DNA of 64,000 bases from Nostoc sp. DedSLP01 (lineage in GTDB: Bacteria; Cyanobacteriota; Cyanobacteriia; Cyanobacteriales; Nostocaceae): positions 224,001 to 288,000 of the forward strand of contig JAVRCJ020000003.1 in the NCBI GenBank assembly GCA_034530875.2. The letters are read 5' to 3'. A program made the position numbers and the translations under genes. Below are positions 10,433 to 20,872 of the stretch, piece by piece. The first letter of the stretch is position 1, and each line of letters starts with the position of its first letter. The notes beneath the pieces are model-generated. The model was not told the origin of the DNA. It worked only from the letters and a program-made list of their open reading frames with translations, and made no database searches.

Positions 10433-11320
10433 ATGGAATTGCGACATCTGCGCTACTTTATCGCTGTGGCTGAAGAATTGCACTTCAGTAAAGCCGCCGA
10501 ACGACTGCATATCGCTCAACCGCCATTAAGCCAGCAAATTCAGCAACTAGAGGCGCAATTGGGAGTAGAACTGTTTCACCGCAAAACCAAGCGACAGGTG
10601 CAACTAAGCGAAGCTGGACAAGTATTTTTGCAAGAAGCTTATCAGCTTTTAGCGCAACTCCAAAAAGCAATCGAGCTAACTCAAAAAATAGGCAGAGGCG
10701 AAAAGGGACAATTACGAATTGGGTTTACTGGTTTGGTAACCTATAATTTGCTTCCTGTAATTTTGCGACAATTTCGAGAACAGTTTCCAGAAGTGGAGTT
10801 GATGTTGCAGGAATTAACTACAACCGAGCAAGAAAGAGCGTTACAAGATAGCCGCATTCATGTAGGCTTTGCTCATCCACCTTTGGAAGATAATACACTC
10901 AATCAAAAGTGCATTCAGCAAGAAGCTTTAATAGTGGCTTTAGCCGAAACTCATCCTTTAGCTGAACGAGAAAAAATTTCAGTGCGATCGCTAATTAACG
11001 AAAATTTTATTGTGTTTCCTCGGCATTTAGGCTCTGGACTTTACGACCAAATTGTGAGTCTTTGTCAGCAAGGAAATTTTAGCCCGAAAGTGACTCAAGA
11101 AGCGATTCAAATGCAGACAATTATCGGGTTAGTTTCAGCAGAAATGGGAATTGCGATCGTGCCGTCTTCATTGCAAAATTTTCAGAGAGCTGGTGTAGTT
11201 TATCGTAATTTTGAGGAGAAAACACCATTAGTAGAAACGGCTATAGTTTGGCGGGAAGAAGATATGACGCCTGTACTAAAGGAATTTCTGCAAGTTGTCA
11301 TGAGTCTTTGTGACAAATGA
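10433..11320 (+). CDS. LysR family transcriptional regulator, divergent from the methyltransferase
   Basis: MELRHLRYFIAVAEELHFSKAAERLHIAQPPLSQQI HTH. Confidence 0.95.
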   Translation: MELRHLRYFIAVAEELHFSKAAERLHIAQPPLSQQIQQLEAQLGVELFHRKTKRQVQLSEAGQVFLQEAYQLLAQLQKAIELTQKIGRGEKGQLRIGFTGLVTYNLLPVILRQFREQFPEVELMLQELTTTEQERALQDSRIHVGFAHPPLEDNTLNQKCIQQEALIVALAETHPLAEREKISVRSLINENFIVFPRHLGSGLYDQIVSLCQQGNFSPKVTQEAIQMQTIIGLVSAEMGIAIVPSSLQNFQRAGVVYRNFEEKTPLVETAIVWREEDMTPVLKEFLQVVMSLCDK

Positions 11321-11450
11321 CGGCCATCACGAGTTAGGCTTATTCATGCCAAGCTATTTATTTCGTTAAAAAAAGTTTCACTAGGTTGTCAATATATTAT
11401 TGAAATGGAAATATTTAAATCAAGCACCGCCATAAATTGGAATTAAACCT

Positions 11451-11867
11451 GTGTCTGCTAAAGATGCTTTTCATGCACTTGTCAAAACAGCACTTGAGAA
11501 AGATGGCTGGTTAATCACTCACGATCCTTATGCGTTACAGGCGGGAACCCTTGAACTATATATTGATTTAGGAGCAGAAAAAGTTATTGCAGCCGAAAGA
11601 CAAGGACAAAAAATAGCTGTTGAAATTAAAAGTTTTTTGAGTCCTTCAAAAATCACAGAGCTTTATGCTGCATTAGGACAATTTATTATTTACCGAATTG
11701 CTTTACTAGAGCAAGAAGCCAGTCGCACTTTATATTTAGCAGTTCCTAGTACTGTTTATAATGAGTTTTTTATTCTTCCATTTATCCAATCTGTTATTAA
11801 AAGTAATCAACTCTGTTTACTAATTTATAATATTGAACAGGAGGCAATAGAAGAATGGCAAAGCTAG
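11451..11867 (+). CDS. xisH: XisH family protein
   Basis: AKDAFHALVKTALEKDGWLITHDP, DLGAEKVIAAE, KIAVEIKSF, ALGQF. Confidence 0.93.
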   Translation: MSAKDAFHALVKTALEKDGWLITHDPYALQAGTLELYIDLGAEKVIAAERQGQKIAVEIKSFLSPSKITELYAALGQFIIYRIALLEQEASRTLYLAVPSTVYNEFFILPFIQSVIKSNQLCLLIYNIEQEAIEEWQS

Positions 11868-12187
11868 ACAAATATCGACAATATATTAAAAATTTACTTC
11901 AACAACACGCGAATATTGTTTGGGATAATCGCATTCAAGCCCAGACAATTTTTGATACAGAACACGACCATTATCAACTAGTTTATGTAGGTTGGCGTAA
12001 TCAAAACCGTATCTACGGGCCTGTTCTACATCTAGATATTATTGACGAAAAAATCTGGATTCAGCAGGATGGTACAGAGGTAGGAATTGCTAATGAATTG
12101 GTTGAACTAGGTGTCCCCAAAGAGGATATCGTTTTAGGTTTTCAGTTACCATCTGTACGTAAGTATACAGATTTTGCTGTTAGTTAA
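11855..12187 (+). CDS. xisI: XisI family protein
   Basis: FDTEHDHYQL, LHLDIIDEKIWIQQDGTEVGIANEL, GVPKEDIVLGF. Confidence 0.93.
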   Translation: MAKLDKYRQYIKNLLQQHANIVWDNRIQAQTIFDTEHDHYQLVYVGWRNQNRIYGPVLHLDIIDEKIWIQQDGTEVGIANELVELGVPKEDIVLGFQLPSVRKYTDFAVS

Positions 12188-12221
12188 TAGAGTTTATTGA
12201 AAATAGCGATCGCTGTCTCAT

Positions 12222-12419
12222 TTAAGGTTTATTACAAAGCGGACAAGCTAGCCATAAATTTGATTCATCATTACTACCGCCTTTAGATATAGGAATGATG
12301 TGTTCAATTTCCAAACGCGCCATTACCAAACCTTGAGGACTCAAGCAATAGCCACAGCAGTTTCGAGCAGCAGTGCGGACACGACGTTCTGTTTCCACAG
12401 GAATGTAAAAGCGAGCCAT
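12222..12419 (-). pseudogene. Truncated HNH endonuclease
   Basis: CGYC...EIEHIIPISKGG...NLWLACPLCN; stops two codons after the second CxxC-N. Confidence 0.7.
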
Positions 12420-12496
12420 TGCTTTAATTAAGAGGAGATATTAAGCCACGTTATTTCCAACTTAAAAATCTGTTAAGCATCATAGGTAATTCTTAT

Positions 12497-12892
12497 CTAA
12501 ATCAAAGGCTTTTTAACTTCGCACTGCGTTAACTCCTTGGCTCTTTTGGCAAACTTTTCATCAAATGTATAAAACTCAGAACACTGCTGACTTAAAGCTA
12601 GATGAAAAGCATCAGCAAAATCTAAGCCATTTTCATACCACTGGATGACTTGAAAAATTAAACTAGGATTAGTCAGGTAAATATTAGGTAAACCAAAAAG
12701 GTTTCTCAAAGCTGTACATACGTCATCTAATTTAAATTTGTATGCAAACCTTAACACCCATTCAGTTTCAAGTATTACCGTATCTGCAATAAAAATATCT
12801 TGAGACTGGAAAATTTCTCTACTCTTTTGAAACTGTAATTCATCATCTTGAGTCAAAAATCTAACAATTATATTTGTATCAACTCCAATCAT
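12497..12892 (-). CDS. vapC: VapC-type PIN-domain toxin
   Basis: IGVDTNIIVR, ETEWVL, DFADAFHL, FYTFD. Confidence 0.9.
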   Translation of the reverse strand: MIGVDTNIIVRFLTQDDELQFQKSREIFQSQDIFIADTVILETEWVLRFAYKFKLDDVCTALRNLFGLPNIYLTNPSLIFQVIQWYENGLDFADAFHLALSQQCSEFYTFDEKFAKRAKELTQCEVKKPLI

Positions 12893-13142
12893 TCCATGAT
12901 TCCTCTACACCTTGGCGAATTGCATTATCCATATCCTCAATAGTTTTAGCTTTTCCCTGATATTTTAAACACCCTGCCACATCATCTAATTTAGTTTCTG
13001 GAAAAGGTTTCTTAGGCTTTAAAAGAATTCCATCACCCATATCAATAATAATAAATTCTTGACCTACTTTCCATTGATGAGCTTCCCGCAAAGACTGGGG
13101 AATAATCACTTGTCCTTGAGGAGACAATTTTGTAATTTCCAT
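12879..13142 (-). CDS. AbrB/MazE-family antitoxin
   Basis: TKLSPQGQVIIPQSLRE swapped-hairpin motif; overlaps toxin start. Confidence 0.88.
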   Translation of the reverse strand: MEITKLSPQGQVIIPQSLREAHQWKVGQEFIIIDMGDGILLKPKKPFPETKLDDVAGCLKYQGKAKTIEDMDNAIRQGVEESWNDWS

Positions 13143-13220
13143 AATATTAAAAAGCTAAGACTAATAAATTTTAGCACTTTCAATTATTCTCAATTCTTCC
13201 TCTACGCCTCTGCGTGAAAT

Positions 13221-13248
13221 AAAAAAAGGCGAACTTTTACTTTCGCCT
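13221..13248 (-). terminator. Terminator after chlN
   Basis: aggcgaa/ttcgcct stem followed by a T-run on the minus strand. Confidence 0.6.
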
Positions 13249-13292
13249 CTACTCACATAGTCTTATAGTGTTGCCCAATAAAAACCCAAATC

Positions 13293-14726
<1,434 letters not shown>

Positions 14727-14794
14727 TTAGGAGTAATTGAGTGATAAGTAATGAGTAATGAATTAGGAGTTACGAGTTTTGAATTATGAGCCTT

Positions 14795-14857
14795 GTAGAC
14801 GCGATGAATCGCGTCTCTACTATTAACTCTTGTACAGACGCGATTCATCGCGTCTCT
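14795..14857. repeat. Pair of REP-like palindromes in inverted orientation, embedded in STRR (TAGGAGT-type) arrays
   Basis: agacgcgatgaatcgcgtct (14797-14816) is the exact reverse complement of agacgcgattcatcgcgtct (14836-14855). Confidence 0.85.
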
Positions 14858-14901
14858 CCTAACTTTTTACTCATAACTTTTTTTTACTCCTAACTGAGTA
14901 A

Positions 14902-15681
14902 TTAAGCGTTGGGGAAGAGACGGGCAATTTCGGATTCATCAAAAACGCCAGCAGGCAGTTCTTCCCCTAACAAATCGTTATTTTCTTCAGCTTTTTGCAG
15001 TGATGTTTCATCACCCCAGACATCTGATAGCACGTCACTAAACGCACTCTCGTCTATTGGACTATCTTCAAGTGCCTGGTCGTCCAGCTTTACTTCCATT
15101 GCAGCTGTTGTTGCATCGAAAGTAATTTCCCCAAACTCATCTGCTTCTGCGCTAGAGGTTTGGAGGGACTCATCTTTTGAATCTTCGTCCTTGGATAAGG
15201 AACCAAAGCCATTTTCGCTTTCCTGAGACTCGTTTAACGCCAGATTTTCATCATCAGCATCTACCATTGTGAACTGTTGAGATGCCGCGATCGCTTCAAA
15301 GGCATTATGAGAATGTGTCAATGTTTCATCTTCAAGTCTTTCATCAACGGCAGCTACGGCATTATGCACATAATTCTCTTGTTCTGGTGTGACTTGGAAG
15401 CGATTACCAAGAGCAAAATCTGGATCGAAATGCAAATCCAACACTTCAATCAAGGTATCAGCATCAGGATTCAGCTTGGCAAAGGGCAACATCAGTTGCG
15501 CTAACTTTGGTTCTAGGGCGTTAACTACTCCCAGGATGAGGTAAGAAGGTGGCCGCTTGCCACCATCAGGCGTGTAGACCGATTCAACTTCCATGTGCAG
15601 CGTAATCCAGTCGCGATTTATCTGGAAAAATTGCAACCACTTCTGCTTTAATGAATCTGTAAAGCTGTGAAAGAATGCCAT
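14902..15681 (-). CDS. DUF5331 family protein with long acidic tail (between chlL and chlN)
   Basis: LKQKWLQFFQINRDWI, GGKRPPSYLILG, LNPDADTLIEVLDLHFDPD. Confidence 0.75.
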   Translation of the reverse strand: MAFFHSFTDSLKQKWLQFFQINRDWITLHMEVESVYTPDGGKRPPSYLILGVVNALEPKLAQLMLPFAKLNPDADTLIEVLDLHFDPDFALGNRFQVTPEQENYVHNAVAAVDERLEDETLTHSHNAFEAIAASQQFTMVDADDENLALNESQESENGFGSLSKDEDSKDESLQTSSAEADEFGEITFDATTAAMEVKLDDQALEDSPIDESAFSDVLSDVWGDETSLQKAEENNDLLGEELPAGVFDESEIARLFPNA

Positions 15682-15713
15682 GTTATTGTCCCCCATCCTG
15701 AGAACTTGGTGAT

Positions 15714-16580
15714 TTATACAATCATCAAGTCTAGTTCCTCTTCCGAATTAGGAACCTGGGGTTTACCCGGATTTAGATAAAAATCGGACAACAAAGAGAA
15801 CAACTCCCGATCTGGTGAGTCGTTAGGTACGACTCCTTCGGGACGCGCCAGGATTTGGTCGGCAATATTGAGATAGTAATCGCAAACGTAATCCAGAGAA
15901 GGATCTTGTTCTGCCATTTCAAACAAAGTTTTGCCTTTTACGCGAGAAACGCGGATATCTTCAATCAAAGGTAAAACCTCTAGAACTGGCATTGGCACAG
16001 CTTCTACATATTTTTCAATTAAGTCGCGCTTCGAGGTGCGGTTGCCAATTAACCCAGCTAAACGCAATGGGTGAGTTCGTGCTTTTTCCCGGACTGAAGC
16101 AGCAATGCGATTAGCAGCAAATAAGGCATCAAAGCCGTTGTCTGTAACAATCAGGCAGTAATCTGCATAGTTGAGTGGTGCTGCAAATCCACCACAAACT
16201 ACGTCGCCGAGAACGTCAAACAAAATTACATCGTACTCATCAAAAGCGTTGAGTTCTTTCAGTAATTTTACGGTTTCGCCAACGACATAACCGCCACATC
16301 CAGCTCCCGCAGGTGGCCCGCCAGCCTCTACGCAATCAACACCGCCATAGCCTTTGTAAATCACATCTTCCGGCCAGACATCTTCGTAGTGATAATCCTT
16401 TTCTTGGAGGGTGTCGATAATTGTGGGAATCAAAAACCCTGTCAGGGTGAAGGTGCTGTCATGTTTTGGGTCGCAGCCAATTTGCAGCACTTTCTTGCCA
16501 CGTTTAGCTAGGGCGACGGATATATTACAGCTAGTTGTGGATTTGCCAATACCACCTTTTCCGTAGACTGCTAGTTTCAC
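15714..16580 (-). CDS. chlL: Light-independent protochlorophyllide reductase iron-sulfur ATP-binding subunit
   Basis: GTG start; [42 protein letters not shown]. Confidence 0.97.
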   Translation of the reverse strand: MKLAVYGKGGIGKSTTSCNISVALAKRGKKVLQIGCDPKHDSTFTLTGFLIPTIIDTLQEKDYHYEDVWPEDVIYKGYGGVDCVEAGGPPAGAGCGGYVVGETVKLLKELNAFDEYDVILFDVLGDVVCGGFAAPLNYADYCLIVTDNGFDALFAANRIAASVREKARTHPLRLAGLIGNRTSKRDLIEKYVEAVPMPVLEVLPLIEDIRVSRVKGKTLFEMAEQDPSLDYVCDYYLNIADQILARPEGVVPNDSPDRELFSLLSDFYLNPGKPQVPNSEEELDLMIV

Positions 16581-17353
16581 TTTTGTTTGCCTCTTATAGC
16601 TTCTTGTCAAACTTGTGGCTCAAACATTTGCCTTCACCTAGCCTGAGACGGCGATGCGTGAGGTCTTGTGGTTGTCATTATTGTGCAAATCACATGGAAA
16701 AGAAAGTGGGTCTTAATCTGTAAAACGTTGATATTTATAGATATATGTTTTAAATATCATTTTTTAGGCTTTTATGAATTTAAAAGGTTTATATAGACAA
16801 AAAAAAATATAAATAAAACTTTTTATTTACTAATTTTATAAAAATAGTTACAAAATACAAAAAGCTGAAATTCCCTTTTTTAAATGGTTTTCATAGAATT
16901 AACTGATTCTCATACGACGCGTTTTCAGGGGATTAGGGCTTATGCTCAGTGGTAAACAGAGGTATGTGCAGTTGTATGTTGCAAATACGACAGAAATTAG
17001 CACTCTGCTGGAAATTGCCAAATTTCACAGGGTAGCCAACACTATTAAATTGCTGCTTTAGAGAAAGTTAGTGGGATTTTGTAAAATATTATTAATTTAT
17101 TAAGTATTCTCTAAAATTCTTAAAAACTTTAGGTTGCATAAAAATAAAAAAATATCCATTAAGAAATATTAAGATATCCAGACTAAAAGCCATAGTGTTA
17201 ACTTGAGAAAGTACAGAGTTGTTTAGTGAAAAAAATGTTAATTTGCTTTGCTGGATAGGGAATTATATCTATAAAGTAACTCCTAGCTTGACGTTCAAAT
17301 TCGTCAAAAATTGTTACTAAATAAATTTATTTACAACAAGCCTCACTAAAAAT

Positions 17354-18064
17354 ATGCAAGTTAAATTAGGATTCGGAGCTATTCCAAAACCTCAATATGT
17401 CTTTGTTAGCAAAGAATTCGATCATTGCTGGTATATGCTATCTGACGATAAAAAACAAATTCCGATTCATGACAGAGCTTTGACTGGAGTGATAACAGGC
17501 ATAGAAGTTAACAAAAAGGTGGAAACTTCACACGGAGAAGCAGAAAAAACTGATTTGCATATTTTGGCAGATAAGCCTTATGTCATACGCTCAGGAAGTG
17601 AATTTTACTTCTCTAAAAGTTTATTGCTTTCACTTGAAGCCTTGACTTCTGAACAATTGGTTCATCCTCTAACTATAGCAGTCAGCCCTGGAGAGAAAAC
17701 AATTGTATTTTGTGCAATTTATAATCCAGTCACTTATCGTTCTGTCGGTGTTAGTTGGGATGGACACAGAGAAAATAACTGGCAAGCTTTAGGACAAAAG
17801 GTAAGTTTAAAAATTAACTCTCTGCAAAATTTCAACCAAGAATCAATACAAACTTCTGCTAATACAACACCATCAGAAGTTCATGCAGTTTTGATAGCTC
17901 AAACTGACAGATATTTAGCACAATTAAAGTGGACTCCAGAACAAGGTAGAGAATATTTGCAGCAAAAATATGGCAAGCGATCGCGTTTACAACTCTCTGA
18001 TACAGAAATTCTCGAATTTATTGATTATCTGGAAGGAAAACTAACTCAAAACTGCCAAATTTAG
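17354..18064 (+). CDS. Hypothetical protein with a cyanobacterial C-terminal helical motif
   Basis: 236-aa ORF; C-terminal WTPEQGREYLQQKYGKRSRLQLSDTEILEFIDYLE. Confidence 0.7.
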   Translation: MQVKLGFGAIPKPQYVFVSKEFDHCWYMLSDDKKQIPIHDRALTGVITGIEVNKKVETSHGEAEKTDLHILADKPYVIRSGSEFYFSKSLLLSLEALTSEQLVHPLTIAVSPGEKTIVFCAIYNPVTYRSVGVSWDGHRENNWQALGQKVSLKINSLQNFNQESIQTSANTTPSEVHAVLIAQTDRYLAQLKWTPEQGREYLQQKYGKRSRLQLSDTEILEFIDYLEGKLTQNCQI

Positions 18065-18145
18065 CTACTGTTGTGTAAGGTTTGAATAATGGCGATCGCA
18101 CACGTACTGTAGTTGCAAAAAATACAAAATGTGCTATGACGCAGA

Positions 18146-18505
18146 TTATATATCTGATGATGCTTCAGAATCATCTAACTCAGCTAGAGCTATTTTGACA
18201 CACGCACAAACACCCTTCCAATCAAATTCTGACAAGTGACCAATCAAAACCAAATTGGCAGAGGGTGGTAGAGTGACAATGAAACTTCTGAAAATAGACG
18301 CAACTCGTAATCCTGCTGCTGCCCAATCCTGAAGTACATAGTCAGTAATTCCAAGGCTAGTTGTCTGAGTAGTCAGAAGTCCAACAATTACATCTGTACG
18401 AGTCGCATGATAAGTGGTGGATGACAGAACTACAGCTGGACGACGCTTAATACCAGTAACGCCAGGAAAATCAACTGTAACTACATCACCAGGATTAAAT
18501 GTCAC
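18146..18505 (-). CDS. PemK/MazF family toxin
   Basis: GDVVTVDFP...KRRPAVVLS, DWAAAGLRVAS. Confidence 0.88.
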   Translation of the reverse strand: MTFNPGDVVTVDFPGVTGIKRRPAVVLSSTTYHATRTDVIVGLLTTQTTSLGITDYVLQDWAAAGLRVASIFRSFIVTLPPSANLVLIGHLSEFDWKGVCACVKIALAELDDSEASSDI

Positions 18506-18729
18506 TCAACTGTCTCCTCACTTTCAGGAAAAATTGAAGCTGCGTAATGTAAAGAGAAGGATGCTAAATCAACCCGATCTTGCTCAGTCCAAGTATCACT
18601 TTGGTCGATGATAGACAAGTTTTGCTGAACTAGCTCATTTAGAATCAGGGTTGCCAAGCGTAAACGCTCAGTTGGTGACAAGTTACAAACAACTTGGCTG
18701 TATATCTCTTGGGCAGTATTGGACATCAT
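18502..18729 (-). CDS. Putative cognate antitoxin
   Basis: Small acidic ORF with GTGA overlap onto the toxin start; GGAGG RBS. Confidence 0.75.
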   Translation of the reverse strand: MMSNTAQEIYSQVVCNLSPTERLRLATLILNELVQQNLSIIDQSDTWTEQDRVDLASFSLHYAASIFPESEETVE

Positions 18730-18901
18730 AAACCCTCCTGTCCCTAATCCTAACAGGTGCGATCGCTTGTCTACTGTATTGAAATGTTAGGCTGCGGTAA
18801 TTGCGTTTGTAGAAATATTGAGTTTACTGAAGATACAAAAAATTTAGGATTTTTTACATTAATCCAATCATTGATGACAATAGCAAATTATAATTATCGA
18901 A

Positions 18902-19663
18902 TTACTTTAAGCGATCAACAATACCAAAAATATCATTAATAAGACCTAAAATAAGACCTAATCCAGTTATCAGTGTAAGTGTAACCGCTGCGTACTGAGC
19001 TAAGACACTTTGCTGTTGCTGAATTAAAACAAAAACCATAAACCCAAGAAATATAGAAACCACAAGTAGAAGTTTTATAACCTGTCCTTGCGAGCGCATA
19101 CGATTAAAACTTTCTATCGTTGTGCCAGATTCAGAGAAGTCAATATACTCATAGCAAATTATATCTTGACGTATATCATGGTACATTCTACTTAAGCCCT
19201 TTGTACGCCACTCCTTTGAGTAAACTCTATCATCAAGTTCAAAACAACAAACATGTTTTATCGCACTTGATATATAAGATGATATAATATCACTAGAAAC
19301 TTTCTTATTACATCCTGAAATATCGATAATTAAGTTATTTAAATCAGGAAAATTTCTCTTTATATTTTTGATTGAAACTTCTGGATTTACAAATAAAATT
19401 TTTATAATCCTCTCTTCTATTGGATTTAAAGATAGTAAAGATTGATATGCGATTTGATACTCATTATGAGTAATTAAAAGTTCTTCAAACTTATCTTTTA
19501 TTTTCTTAATTTGATCTTTAACTTCTGAAAGCTTACCTACAGCTCCTTCGTTGACTCCAAAGTAAACATCTCGAACACCTTTGACTTGAATACAATGTGT
19601 TAGGATATTGACGTAAAGTCCCGGATTATCGCTTTGAATGACAAGAAGTAACTGTTTCGCCAT
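18902..19663 (-). CDS. CARF-like nucleotide-sensing domain plus two C-terminal TM helices (putative Panoptes-type effector)
   Basis: N-terminal strand LLLVIQSDNPG, CARF motif-II-like LIIDISGCNKK, hydrophobic segments LLLVVSIFLGFMVFVLI and YAAVTLTLITGLGLILGLI. Confidence 0.65.
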   Translation of the reverse strand: MAKQLLLVIQSDNPGLYVNILTHCIQVKGVRDVYFGVNEGAVGKLSEVKDQIKKIKDKFEELLITHNEYQIAYQSLLSLNPIEERIIKILFVNPEVSIKNIKRNFPDLNNLIIDISGCNKKVSSDIISSYISSAIKHVCCFELDDRVYSKEWRTKGLSRMYHDIRQDIICYEYIDFSESGTTIESFNRMRSQGQVIKLLLVVSIFLGFMVFVLIQQQQSVLAQYAAVTLTLITGLGLILGLINDIFGIVDRLK

Positions 19664-20039
19664 TTGAATATTCCTGAAATATTTCAATTCGATCTTTTCC
19701 AGTAGCTTTAGCTAATTTCAATGCAAAATAAGCTTGACGTGAATTATCACCAATGCCAAAGGATAATGTCGCCTTTGAGAAGGTGGCAAACTTTATTCTT
19801 AAACTTTCTAATTGGCTTAATGATATGTCATCAGATTGCAATCTTGCAAGTAAGCTATCTCCAGCATTAAATATTATTTTTGCATTAAATTCACCTGATA
19901 GAGTTTCTGCCAACCATAACATAGCTGATTGAAAACTATGAGAAAAATTTGATAAAGACTCAATTTGATCTGTGGCAATCAAAAACTCAATTTTTCTACC
20001 AACATCGTCACCGTCTACTGCAAGATATAGATATCCCAT
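19626..20039 (-). CDS. Minimal CRISPR polymerase (mCpol) domain protein, putative cyclic oligonucleotide synthase
   Basis: 137 aa; YLAVDGDDVGRKIE, IIFNAGDSLL, TLSFGIG, AYFALKLAKATGKD: stand-alone Cas10/GGDEF-like palm. Confidence 0.85.
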   Translation of the reverse strand: MGYLYLAVDGDDVGRKIEFLIATDQIESLSNFSHSFQSAMLWLAETLSGEFNAKIIFNAGDSLLARLQSDDISLSQLESLRIKFATFSKATLSFGIGDNSRQAYFALKLAKATGKDRIEIFQEYSNGETVTSCHSKR

Positions 20040-20156
20040 AGACAATAAATATCCAACAATAATGTGGCTGTCAACAACTTCAGTAGTAACTTAATAATGT
20101 TTGAATTGATTAGAACGTTAAAAATTTTAATAATACTAGATGGCGAATTTGCTTTA

Positions 20157-20600
20157 TCAAATATCGCTTGCTTCCGGTAGCCAGTCTTCATCTAACACTA
20201 ATTCCAAAGAATATGGGCATTCTTCTGGAAACGTAGAAATTAGCATCTCTGTTTGCTTGGCTGCTTGCCTACGTGCCCTTTGATAACTTTCTTGAAGTTG
20301 CTCTTTAGGATAGTTCTTAAGACTAGGACTATCGATTATCGCTAACTCAATTTGGGTGCGAGAATCAGTGATGGAATCCAGCCAACTATCTGAACGACGC
20401 TGGGGTTGATATTGCCACTTGAGCAGATGCAATAATAAGCGAGTTAGTTGACTGGCGATAGCACGCCGTTCGCTTTTGCCCAAGCCTTCAACCTCTTCAA
20501 TCAGATGTTCTAAATCGATTTCATCCCAGCGATGCGATCGCAATAGTTGAGCTGTCTGCTCAATCCACAAATTAAAATCTGTTGTATGAGTTTCGCTCAT
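20157..20600 (-). CDS. DUF29 family protein
   Basis: DFNLWIEQTA, DLEHLIEEVEGLGKSE, LLHLLKWQYQP, FPEECPY. Confidence 0.92.
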   Translation of the reverse strand: MSETHTTDFNLWIEQTAQLLRSHRWDEIDLEHLIEEVEGLGKSERRAIASQLTRLLLHLLKWQYQPQRRSDSWLDSITDSRTQIELAIIDSPSLKNYPKEQLQESYQRARRQAAKQTEMLISTFPEECPYSLELVLDEDWLPEASDI

Positions 20601-20611
20601 AGCCCGTTACT

Positions 20612-20869
20612 TCATTTTCCAATTCGCTCAAGTTCCTCTCGTAATACTCGCCGTAATGTCTCTTCTAAAGGTTCACGGCGCTGCTGAATATACTCACGCA
20701 AAGCATCGTTAATCAAAGTTTGGTAATTTCCTCCACCTGCTGCGTGAACTTGGTCGCGAAACCATGCTAGTACTTCATCATCTAGGCGAATTGTAATTCT
20801 AGTTTTGCCTGTTGGCGTTGGTTCAATCGCTCCCCGCTTCCCCTGACTAAAATCATACTCAGCTTCCAT
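20612..20869 (-). CDS. brnA: BrnA family antitoxin
   Basis: EYDFSQGKRG, KTRITIRLDDEVLAWF, NYQTLINDALREY. Confidence 0.9.
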   Translation of the reverse strand: MEAEYDFSQGKRGAIEPTPTGKTRITIRLDDEVLAWFRDQVHAAGGGNYQTLINDALREYIQQRREPLEETLRRVLREELERIGK

Positions 20870-20872
20870 GAC

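Noticed and set aside
11451..12187. xisH/xisI as evidence of a heterocyst excision (fdxN) element
   Set aside because: No XisF-like recombinase or interrupted nif/fdx gene nearby; xisHI pairs are commonly dispersed paralogues.
19626..20045. Calling the small palm protein a diguanylate cyclase
   Set aside because: It lacks GG(D/E)EF and the DxDxFKxxND motif, and has no sensory domain; the DGDDVG motif and size fit mCpol better.
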